From: an uncultured Rikenella sp.
GTDB lineage: Bacteria > Bacteroidota > Bacteroidia > Bacteroidales > VadinHA17
Length of the DNA stretch: 64,000 nucleotides
Reading direction: 5' to 3'
NCBI GenBank assembly: GCA_964635655.1
Contig: CAZWOC010000016.1
Location: 28,120 to 92,119, forward strand
The notes beneath the pieces are model-generated. The model was not told the origin of the DNA. It worked only from the letters and a program-made list of their open reading frames with translations, and ran no database searches. Below, piece after piece: positions 56,184 to 64,000 of the stretch. The position numbers were made by a program, and so were the translations under genes. Numbering within the stretch: position 1 is the first letter of the stretch; each line of letters opens with the position of its first letter.

Positions 56184-57527
56184 CTAAAACAGAAAGTTGA
56201 GTCCGATATAAAACTCCATGTCGCCGTCCTGTTCCTTCAGCGCCTTGCCGATGTCTGCGGAGATTATGAAGTTTTCGTTCATGACGAGCTTCAGACCGAG
56301 GCCTGCAGCCATGTGAAGTTTATCCTTACCCCCGATGTAATAATCTGCTACGTTTTCTTCACCTTCAAGATAATCTTCCAGGTCATTAACATCCACATCT
56401 ATCAGTGAGGTCACAGCGCATGCATCGAAGAAATAGTTCGTTCCCAGGTACCAGTTCTGGTTTATAAACTTAAACCGGACCATTTTCCAGCGAAGTTCTG
56501 CGTTTCCGTAAGCGAATCCGTCACCGATGACCCTGTTTCTGAGCAAACCTCTGATAGTCTTGCTGCCACCAAGGCCTTCTGAAAGGGCCCCTCTCAGCTC
56601 TGAAACGATAACCTGCCCCTGGTAGTAGAAGGGTACGTCACCGAACAGTGTTTGCTGGTATCCCAGCCTGTAGGCGAAGCTGAGATCGTTCTCCTTGAGG
56701 GTGAAATACTGTCTCCAGGTGAAATAAAATTTTCCGAATGTCGATTCTGCACCAAGGAATTCCGGTACAACCTCTATCCCTGTCTCTGCCCATATGCCGT
56801 CCATGGGGCACGCCCGCTGATCGCGGGAATCAAATGAGATGCCACCCTTTATCCCGGTAATCCAGCCTCCGTCAGCTTCGTCGGATGTCAGCAGCCCTGA
56901 ATTTTTGTAATACCCGTATAGTGTAGGTTCATCCGGATCAAGATATTTGGGATCTTCCGGATCCTTGCCCTTATTGAACTTGTCAACGTTCAGGTCTTTT
57001 ACCTTGAAGTTTTGTATGCTCAGACCGGCATTCCAGTGCCAGTTGTTTTCACCGATATTTCCGATAAAATCATTTTTAAACCGGAAAAGGTGTCTCTGCA
57101 TTGCATAGAAAAGACGACTCCTGTAGTCAGGATTCAATTCGTCATCCACCCATGCCTTATTGTAAACGGATGCAAATCCGTTAAAACCGTAGAAATCATA
57201 TGCAAAATCGGGCATATAACTCAGGTCGACAGCATACCTGATCCCCTTGATGAGGTAGTCGGAGTCATACATCACCCTGAGGATAGAGCTTCCCTTTGTG
57301 AAGGTCGAAGCTTCAACATAAATTCTATGGTAATAGTCGGGGTATATTGATCCGTCACCGTAGTCGAACAGGTTAACCAGTGCTCCGTACTGAAATCCCT
57401 GGTCAGTGCTGTAGGTGACGGCGGGCAGAGCTCCGAAGTTCCACCCTGTCTTGGTCTCCTGGGCCATCATGGATGTGGTGAGGAGTCCGGCAATCATGAT
57501 AAAAGTGAGTTTTTTCATAGGTTTCAT
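56184..57527 (-). CDS. Outer-membrane beta-barrel protein, Omp85/BamA-like surface-antigen family without POTRA (tentative)
   Basis: Signal peptide (MKPMKKLTFIMIAGLLTTSMMAQ). Alternating beta-strand pattern with the C-terminal barrel signature EFYIGLNFLF. Confidence 0.6.
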   Translation of the reverse strand: MKPMKKLTFIMIAGLLTTSMMAQETKTGWNFGALPAVTYSTDQGFQYGALVNLFDYGDGSIYPDYYHRIYVEASTFTKGSSILRVMYDSDYLIKGIRYAVDLSYMPDFAYDFYGFNGFASVYNKAWVDDELNPDYRSRLFYAMQRHLFRFKNDFIGNIGENNWHWNAGLSIQNFKVKDLNVDKFNKGKDPEDPKYLDPDEPTLYGYYKNSGLLTSDEADGGWITGIKGGISFDSRDQRACPMDGIWAETGIEVVPEFLGAESTFGKFYFTWRQYFTLKENDLSFAYRLGYQQTLFGDVPFYYQGQVIVSELRGALSEGLGGSKTIRGLLRNRVIGDGFAYGNAELRWKMVRFKFINQNWYLGTNYFFDACAVTSLIDVDVNDLEDYLEGEENVADYYIGGKDKLHMAAGLGLKLVMNENFIISADIGKALKEQDGDMEFYIGLNFLF

Positions 57528-57618
57528 TTTTGTAAGGAAATCAAAGTTAAAGAAAAATGATGCTCATATCCTAATTATTTTAATATTGCTACATTAGTGG
57601 ACTTTAAAAACCGGTGCC

Positions 57619-58860
57619 ATGAGCCTGATCATATATAATACGGGAATGCTGGTGCAGACCAGGGAAGAGCATGTGGCTTTCACTGCTGGTAAGGATATGG
57701 CTGTTCTGCCTGTGATTGAGAAGGGATGGCTTTTGATAGAGGATGGAATCATTGCAGGTTTCGGCCCTCCGGATACAATGCCTTCATTCAGCAATGCAGT
57801 TCCCGGGCTTGACGCCGGAGGCGGATTCGTGTTCCCTTCATTCTGTGATCCGCACACTCACCTTGTATATTCCGGAAGCAGGGAGAAAGAGTACACAGAC
57901 AAGATACGCGGGCTGTCATACGAAGAGATAGCAAAGAGGGGAGGAGGCATCCTGAACTCCTCAAAACTCCTGCATGATACATCAGAGGATGAGCTCTTCC
58001 GGCAGTCGATGGAAAGAGTCAGGGAGATCATTTCTACCGGCACCGGTGCCGTGGAGATAAAGAGCGGGTACGGCCTGACAACCGAAGATGAGCTTAAAAT
58101 GCTCAGGGTAATAAGGAGGATAAAGGAGTCATCGCCTCTGACCATCAGGTCGACTTTTCTCGGGGCGCATGCAGTGCCGGCTGAGTACCGTGATAACCGG
58201 AAGGGATATGTAGACCTGATTGTTGACGAAATGATTCCTGCCGTAGCTGCCGGGCGGCTGGCTGATTATATTGACGTTTTCTGTGACCGGGGATTCTTTA
58301 CAGTGGAAGAGACTGCCCGCATTCTCGAGGCCGGCGCACGACACGGCATGCGCCCGAAAATCCATGCCAACGAGCTCGACTTCTCAGGCGGGATACAGAC
58401 AGGAGTTAGGCACGGGGCACTTTCAGTTGACCACCTTGAGTTCACCGGTGACGATGAGATAGCGGCGCTGCTGGGAAGCGGAACAATGCCTACACTGCTG
58501 CCGGGAGCTGCCTTCTTCCTTGGCATGACTGACCCGCCGGCAAGGAAGATGATTGATGCAGGACTGCCGCTTGCGATGGCAAGTGACTACAACCCCGGCT
58601 CATCACCCTCAGGTAATATGAAGCTGGTTGTCTCACTGGGGTGCATCAGACTCCGGCTTCTTCCTGAGGAGGCGATAAATGCCGTCACAATTAATGCGGC
58701 TTATGCCATGGGCCTTTCTGAAACGCACGGATCAATCACTGTGGGCAAAAAGGCGAATCTGTTCATTACGAAGAAGATACCTTCATACGAGTATTTACCC
58801 TATGCATATGGCAGTCATCTGGTGAAACATGTCATTTTGAATGGGGAGATTTATAATTGA
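57619..58860 (+). CDS. hutI: Imidazolonepropionase
   Basis: Amidohydrolase metal motifs CDPHTHLVYSG, KIHANEL, VDHLE and ASDYNPGSSP. 413 aa. Confidence 0.92.
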   Translation: MSLIIYNTGMLVQTREEHVAFTAGKDMAVLPVIEKGWLLIEDGIIAGFGPPDTMPSFSNAVPGLDAGGGFVFPSFCDPHTHLVYSGSREKEYTDKIRGLSYEEIAKRGGGILNSSKLLHDTSEDELFRQSMERVREIISTGTGAVEIKSGYGLTTEDELKMLRVIRRIKESSPLTIRSTFLGAHAVPAEYRDNRKGYVDLIVDEMIPAVAAGRLADYIDVFCDRGFFTVEETARILEAGARHGMRPKIHANELDFSGGIQTGVRHGALSVDHLEFTGDDEIAALLGSGTMPTLLPGAAFFLGMTDPPARKMIDAGLPLAMASDYNPGSSPSGNMKLVVSLGCIRLRLLPEEAINAVTINAAYAMGLSETHGSITVGKKANLFITKKIPSYEYLPYAYGSHLVKHVILNGEIYN

Positions 58861-59027
58861 GTTATCGGTTATCGGTTATAGGTTATCGGTTATTTAGGAA
58901 TTGACTTTGACAAACTGACAACCGGTAACCGACAACCGACAACCGATAACCGACAACCGACAACCGATAACCGACAACCGACAACCGACAACCGATAACC
59001 GACAACCGACAACCGATAACCGATAAC
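58861..59027. repeat. Inverted arrays of a tandem heptamer (5 x GTTATCG-like, 24-nt spacer, 15 x AACCGAY) filling the entire hutI-ftcD spacer
   Basis: Left arm 58861-58895: gttatcg gttatcg gttatag gttatcg gttattt. Spacer 58896-58919. Right arm 58920-59024: aaccggt, then aaccgac/aaccgat units with a 21-nt gac-gac-gat super-period. 58861-58877 is perfectly complementary to 59011-59027 (17 nt). Confidence 0.92.
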
Positions 59028-59030
59028 ACT

Positions 59031-60725
59031 ATGACTTCAAACCGACTAATTGAATGTGTTCCCAACTTCAGCGAGGGGCGCGATATGGAAAAAATAAAGC
59101 AGATCACCGATGAGATTGCATCTGTAGAAGGCGTCATGCTGCTTGACATCGACCCGGGAAGGGATACCAACCGTACTGTGGTGACCTTCGTGGGTGAACC
59201 TGAGGCAGTGTGTGAGGCCGCTTTCAGGGCAGTCAGGAAGGCTGCACAGGTCATTGACATGTCGAAACATACAGGCGCCCATCCCCGCATGGGAGCAACG
59301 GATGTTTGTCCGCTTGTACCCGTCTCGGGTGTGACGATGGAGGAGGCTGCCGGGTATGCCCGGGGGCTTGCACGAAGGATAGGTGACGAGCTTTCACTGC
59401 CAGTATACTGTTATGAGTCAGCCGCCTTTACGGAGATCAGGAGAAATCTGGCAAACGTCAGAGCAGGGGAGTACGAGGGGCTGAAGAAAAAGCTGGAAGA
59501 TCCTGCATGGAAGCCCGACTTTGGGCCTGCCCGCTTTGATGCAGGTGCGGGGGCTGTGATTGTGGGAGCGCGCGATTTCCTTGTGGCGTTTAACGTAAAC
59601 TTAAACACTACTTCAGTCCGGAGGGCAAATGCAATCGCCTTTGATGTCAGGGAACGCGGCCGTGAAAAACGTGAGGGCAATCCAATCACCGGCAAGGTGG
59701 TAAAGGACCCGGAAGGTAATCCTGTCATGATACCCGGAACACTTAAATCGGTAAAGGCAATAGGCTGGTATATACCCGAATACGGCTTTGCGCAGATATC
59801 AATGAACCTTACAAATATAGGAGTGACCCCGGTCCATGTTGCTTTTGACGAGGTATGCAGGAAGGCAGAGGAGCGCGGTGTTCGTGTTACAGGCTCGGAG
59901 CTGGTGGGACTCATTCCGCTTAATGCGATGCTTGAAGCCGGAAGATATTTCCTCCATCGTCAGCAACGCTCGGCCGGTGTCCCGGATGAAGAACTGATAC
60001 GGACTGCTGTAAGGTCGATGGGTCTCTCGGAGCTGAAACCATTCAATCCTGAAGAAAAGATCATTGAATATATATTAAAGGATAAGCATAAAAAGAAGCT
60101 TGTTGATCTCTCCCTGGCCGCATTTGTTTGGGAGACCTCATCAGAGTCACCTGCACCGGGCGGCGGATCCGTCGCAGCCACTATGGGTGCTCTTGGGGCA
60201 GCCCTGGGCACGATGGTAGCCAACCTCTCGGGACACAAGAGAGGATGGGATGACCGGTGGGATGAGTTTGCCGCATGGGCTGAGAAGGGAGTGCTGTTAC
60301 AGAAGCGTCTCCTTGAGCTGGTGGATGAGGATACAGAGGCATATAACAGCATCCTCAGCGCTTTCGAACTGCCAAAGAAGACAGAAGAGGAGAAGGCTGT
60401 CAGGGCTGCAGCGGTGGAGGCCGCAACCCTTAATGCTTCACTTGTTCCGTTGACAGTGATGAAGGAGGCTTTTAAAGTCTTCGACCTCCTGAAGGAGATG
60501 ACTGAAAAGGGCAATCCTAATTCTGTAACTGACGGCGCTGTTGGCGTGCTTGCAGTCAGAGCATGCATCAGGGGTGCATTTTTGAACGTAAAGATAAATG
60601 TCAAGGGGCTGAAGGACAGGGCAAGGGCAGAGGAACTGACTGCAGAAGCCTGTGAAATTGATAATAAGGCTGCAGCCATTGAAGCAGAGATAATTGAACG
60701 GGTGTCTAAAACCCTTGCATTGTAG
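59031..60725 (+). CDS. ftcD: Bifunctional glutamate formimidoyltransferase / formimidoyltetrahydrofolate cyclodeaminase
   Basis: The N-terminal motif LIECVPNFSEGRD is diagnostic of formiminotransferases. The C-terminal roughly 200 aa form an all-helical cyclodeaminase-like domain (SSESPAPGGGSVAA). Confidence 0.9.
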   Translation: MTSNRLIECVPNFSEGRDMEKIKQITDEIASVEGVMLLDIDPGRDTNRTVVTFVGEPEAVCEAAFRAVRKAAQVIDMSKHTGAHPRMGATDVCPLVPVSGVTMEEAAGYARGLARRIGDELSLPVYCYESAAFTEIRRNLANVRAGEYEGLKKKLEDPAWKPDFGPARFDAGAGAVIVGARDFLVAFNVNLNTTSVRRANAIAFDVRERGREKREGNPITGKVVKDPEGNPVMIPGTLKSVKAIGWYIPEYGFAQISMNLTNIGVTPVHVAFDEVCRKAEERGVRVTGSELVGLIPLNAMLEAGRYFLHRQQRSAGVPDEELIRTAVRSMGLSELKPFNPEEKIIEYILKDKHKKKLVDLSLAAFVWETSSESPAPGGGSVAATMGALGAALGTMVANLSGHKRGWDDRWDEFAAWAEKGVLLQKRLLELVDEDTEAYNSILSAFELPKKTEEEKAVRAAAVEAATLNASLVPLTVMKEAFKVFDLLKEMTEKGNPNSVTDGAVGVLAVRACIRGAFLNVKINVKGLKDRARAEELTAEACEIDNKAAAIEAEIIERVSKTLAL

Positions 60726-60960
60726 TCTGGTTAAAGATCATAAAATCAGAGCCATAGGACTTTTTTTATCTCCTGCTTGCCAGGGCATTTAGGTGTGCCG
60801 GAGGGTCATTTCGTTGCCCTTTCTCAGGCATAATGCCCGTTTCCGGGATGTATTGCACAGCATGATTTTTTAGTGTTAAGTATTGCTTATAAGGAAATAA
60901 TGCTTATTTTGCACTTGTGAGTGATTCACAATAACCCTTATTAACCTAAACTATTAATGT

Positions 60961-63900
60961 ATGAAAAAGATCCTAATGTTTTTTGTACTGGCATTTGTCA
61001 CTGCAGCTTTTGCGCTTGGACAGACAGTACAGATTTCGGGTACTGTAACAAGCCAGGAAGATGGCCTTCCGATACCCGGAGTTTCGGTAACAGTTAAGGG
61101 CACTACAGTCGGAGTCCTGACAGGAGCCAAAGGTGATTATGTCATCTCTGCCCCCCAGGGAGCCAGAACTCTTGTCTTCAGCTTCATCGGGATGAAGAAG
61201 CAGGAAGAGGAGATTGCCGGCAGAACAAGGATTGATGTTGTCCTTGCCCCTGACCTTGTAGGTCTTGATGAGATCGTCGTTACGGCGATGGGTGTGTCAC
61301 GTGAGAAGAAATCACTTGGATATGCTGTTCAGGAGATCAACACATCTGACATAGCCCGTGCAGGTAACCCTGATATAGGTACCAACCTGTCAGGAAAGAT
61401 CGCCGGTGTGGAAGTCAGACAATCTTCAGGGATGCCCGGAGCTCCTGCATTGGTGCTCATCAGAGGTGCACGCTCATTCAGCGGCAATAACCAGCCTCTT
61501 TATGTGGTTGACGGTATGCCTATCGCCAGTGGCTCCGATTACAGCCAGGGTGTTACTGGTTCATACTCTTCAGCCAGGTCACTTGACCTTGACCCCAACA
61601 ACATTGAATCAATCAACGTTCTGAAAGGTCAGGCAGCAGCTGCCCTGTACGGGATGCGTGCATCAAACGGCGTAATTGTCATTACGACAAAATCAGGTGC
61701 TGCAGCAGCCAAAGGGATTCCAACTGTAAGCCTGACATCATCCTATACATCAGACCAGGTTGCAGTTCTTCCTGAGGTGCAGCAGACATGGGCACAGGGA
61801 TATTACAGGGGAGCTACCACCGATGAGTCTGACCTGCGTTTTTATGCAGCCAACTCCTACTCATGGGGCCCCAGACTGTCAAAACTGCCTGATGATCCGA
61901 ACTACGGAGGAAACACCAGGGAGCACCCCGGACAGTGGTTCGATCCTTACAAGAACGCATGGGTAACTCCGCAGGCTTTTAACAATCCGGCCAACTTCTA
62001 TCAGAAAGGTGGTACATGGTATAACGGTATCAGCATTAGCAATTCACTTGGTGCTGCCAACTATCTGATCGGACTCAGTTCCACTGATCAGAATGCAATT
62101 GTCAAGAACTCGGGAATGAAGAGATATACTGCAAACATATCGGCTTCAACAGCACTCGGAGACAAGTGGAAAGCAGGCTTCACAGGCAATTATACGGATG
62201 TGTCTCTTCAGAAGCTTCCTTCAGGAAATGACAGCTGGCTATTCACAGTGGTGGGTGCACCTGCTTCATATGACCTGATGGGTACACCATATCATCAGGA
62301 GGGGGCTCTCGGGGAATACCGCCAGATCAGCTACCGCAGAGGCACAGTGGGAGAGAACCCGCTCTGGGCACTGGAAAACAATAAGTTCCTGGAGCAGACA
62401 AGACGTTTCTTCGGAAATACTTACCTGGAATACAATCCTGTAGCATGGCTTAATGTCAGGTACCAGTTCGGTGTTGACTCATATACGACAGATAACGAGA
62501 ACGTATATGAAAAGGGTAGTACAGCTGCTGGACAGGGATTGCCCACAGCTACACAATATCCGACTCCTTCCAACCCGGTATTTGCTTATGTGGCACCGGT
62601 TGGCGGGTCAATCAACAACTACGGTGTGATGCGTTCTGCCATCAACTCCCTGTTGAATGTAACCTTCAACAAGGATCTTACAGAAGATCTTAACCTCCTT
62701 GTTATTGTCGGTAACGAGTTCAATGATTCAAGAAGCAGGTCCTGGACAATGACCGGTACCGGTTTTGTCACCCCCGGATGGCAGAATATGTCCAATACCA
62801 CAACCCAGACTGCTGATGAGGGCAAAAGCCGTGGAAGATCAGTTGGTACATACGGTAACGTGGCCCTTTCATTCAGAAGCATGATTTATCTGAACGCAAC
62901 AGGAAGGTATGACATCGTTTCAAGCATGCCAAGGGGTGCACGGTCATTCTTCTACCCGTCAGCTTCTTTAGGCTTTGTCTTTACAGAACTGCCGGGCCTG
63001 AAGGATAACAAGGTACTTCCTTACGGTAAGATCCGCGGTTCATTTGCACAGGTAGGACAGGCAGGTTCATATAACGAAAAGATATATTATATGGGCGGTG
63101 CCGGAAGCGGTTTCCTCAGTGACGGTATCAGCTATCCGCTCGGCGGTGTCAGCGGTTTCAGACCTGACGCAACTCTCTATGACCCGGATCTGAAACCACA
63201 GAACACATCTAACTGGGAACTTGGTCTTGAACTTAAATTCTTTGACAACAGGGTAGGTCTCGACTATACTTATTCAGACCAGACTGCCACAGATCAGATA
63301 TTCTCTGTTCCAATGGCCGGATCAACAGGGTACGGTTCATTCGTGACAAACGCCGGAGAGATGACATCGAAGGCTCATGAGTTGATATTCTACTTCTCGC
63401 CTGTCAGAACCAATGACTTCGAGTGGAATGTAAATATGAACTTTACAAAGATCAGGAATGAGGTTGTCTCTCTTGCCGAAGGAATTGAAAGCGTATCCCT
63501 GGTTGGTTTCACAACACCCAACGTAAGGGCATATGCCGGTTACACTTACCCGACAATTTACGGTGAGACGATGGCCAGGGATGAAGATGGGAATATCCTT
63601 ATCGATGATGATCCTGAAAGTTATTACTATGGTATGCCCATGTCAGGTGGTTCAGGCAAGATCGGAGACGTTTCTCCTGACTTTACAATGGGTCTGACCA
63701 ATACCCTGACCTATAAATGGATTTCACTCAGTGCTCAGTTCTACTGGAAACAGGGAGGCGACATTTACTCTGGTACCAACCGTCTGATGAACCTTTACGG
63801 TTCTTCAAAGGCAACAGAGGATCGCACTTCCACCTGGCAGTATAAGGACATGCTCAATGCCAAGGGTGTAGGCGTCAAGGCTACAAGCGGTGCAGTTAAT

Positions 63901-64000
63901 GATATCACCCGCGGCGGTCCCAATGATATCTGGGCTTACGCTGACTTCTTCAATGATATAATGGGTACCATCGATGAGATGAACGTATACGAGAACTCAT
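60961..64000 (+). CDS. SusC/RagA-family TonB-linked outer-membrane protein (3' end beyond the window)
   Basis: Hand translation from the ATG at 60961 stays open to the window edge, and the ORF track lists no long ORF in any frame across this stretch. Signal peptide MKKILMFFVLAFVTAAFALGQ. CarboxypepD_reg segment ISGTVTSQEDGLPIPGVSVTVKGTT. TonB-box-like DEIVVTAMG. Plug PLYVVDGMP...IESINVLKGQAAAALYGMRASNGVIVITTK. Confidence 0.9.
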   Translation, partial: MKKILMFFVLAFVTAAFALGQTVQISGTVTSQEDGLPIPGVSVTVKGTTVGVLTGAKGDYVISAPQGARTLVFSFIGMKKQEEEIAGRTRIDVVLAPDLVGLDEIVVTAMGVSREKKSLGYAVQEINTSDIARAGNPDIGTNLSGKIAGVEVRQSSGMPGAPALVLIRGARSFSGNNQPLYVVDGMPIASGSDYSQGVTGSYSSARSLDLDPNNIESINVLKGQAAAALYGMRASNGVIVITTKSGAAAAKGIPTVSLTSSYTSDQVAVLPEVQQTWAQGYYRGATTDESDLRFYAANSYSWGPRLSKLPDDPNYGGNTREHPGQWFDPYKNAWVTPQAFNNPANFYQKGGTWYNGISISNSLGAANYLIGLSSTDQNAIVKNSGMKRYTANISASTALGDKWKAGFTGNYTDVSLQKLPSGNDSWLFTVVGAPASYDLMGTPYHQEGALGEYRQISYRRGTVGENPLWALENNKFLEQTRRFFGNTYLEYNPVAWLNVRYQFGVDSYTTDNENVYEKGSTAAGQGLPTATQYPTPSNPVFAYVAPVGGSINNYGVMRSAINSLLNVTFNKDLTEDLNLLVIVGNEFNDSRSRSWTMTGTGFVTPGWQNMSNTTTQTADEGKSRGRSVGTYGNVALSFRSMIYLNATGRYDIVSSMPRGARSFFYPSASLGFVFTELPGLKDNKVLPYGKIRGSFAQVGQAGSYNEKIYYMGGAGSGFLSDGISYPLGGVSGFRPDATLYDPDLKPQNTSNWELGLELKFFDNRVGLDYTYSDQTATDQIFSVPMAGSTGYGSFVTNAGEMTSKAHELIFYFSPVRTNDFEWNVNMNFTKIRNEVVSLAEGIESVSLVGFTTPNVRAYAGYTYPTIYGETMARDEDGNILIDDDPESYYYGMPMSGGSGKIGDVSPDFTMGLTNTLTYKWISLSAQFYWKQGGDIYSGTNRLMNLYGSSKATEDRTSTWQYKDMLNAKGVGVKATSGAVNDITRGGPNDIWAYADFFNDIMGTIDEMNVYENS

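Noticed and set aside
56045-59027. Possibility that the short-unit repeat arrays at 56045-56183 and 58861-59027 are CRISPR arrays
   Set aside because: The units are 7-8 nt and directly contiguous, with no spacers. The two arms are mutually complementary rather than direct repeats. No cas genes or leader are present. They are treated as inverted microsatellites instead.
58883-59290. 135-aa minus-strand ORF with the periodic sequence ...SVIGCRLSVIGCRLSVVGYRLSVVGYRL...
   Set aside because: The periodic peptide is just the translation of the heptamer DNA array, read through three frames every 21 nt. The rest of the ORF is antisense to the well-supported ftcD N-terminus (ECVPNFSEGRD), so this is an artefact.
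59960-60679. 239-aa minus-strand ORF inside ftcD
   Set aside because: It is antisense to the cyclodeaminase domain, with an Ala/Ser-rich low-complexity translation. The same judgement applies to the other long antisense ORFs: 50566..51132 (coaBC), 53006..53545 (recN), 53795..54400 (fabI), 6242..6757 (gyrB), 7500..8033 (permease), 20999..21517 (rpoD 3' end), 59411..59914 (ftcD) and 13116..13604 (RND pump).

Overview
This is a 64-kb chromosomal segment that looks like Bacteroidota. The evidence: a short 286-aa primary sigma factor; a SusC/RagA-type TonB-linked receptor; the family set DUF4249, DUF4252, DUF4835 and DUF4914 (names recalled from memory); and the Bacteroidetes -7 promoter element TAnnTTTG 20-70 nt upstream of many start codons. 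I call about 50 CDS and one tRNA-Pro(GGG).

Most of the window is core housekeeping: gyrB, uvrB, recN, rpoD, rpoZ, trxB, coaBC, fabI, bamD, dapF, rlmN, PBP4, HtrA, ppa and hutI-ftcD. It also holds an RND efflux operon (adaptor, pump, TolC-like) and a LytTR two-component pair. No CRISPR array, cas genes, integrase, transposase or recognisable defence genes were seen.

The signals least explained by ordinary annotation are:
1. Two intergenic inverted arrays of tandem 7-nt (58861-59027) and 8-nt (56045-56183) units. They share one architecture, abut stop or start codons, and have a degenerate direct relative after gyrB (7086-7134).
2. A 45-46-bp tandem repeat with an expanding poly-C tract overlapping a stop codon (47146-47252).
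3. A surface and envelope gene neighbourhood (34.6-45.0 kb). It contains an STN-domain TonB-dependent receptor, unknown exported proteins, DUF4249, a barrel-less MG2/plug-like protein, and an ECF sigma / membrane protein / 2x DUF4252 module.
4. A 648-aa uncharacterised protein whose motif order mimics ATP-dependent PEP carboxykinase.
5. A Tat-signal DUF362 protein with an exported partner, and an orphan TorD-like chaperone nearby.
6. A structured non-coding stretch plus a 44-aa basic ORF next to an orphan SiaC-like gene and the tRNA.

All family assignments come from motif recognition by eye. No database search was run, so the family names need HMM confirmation.
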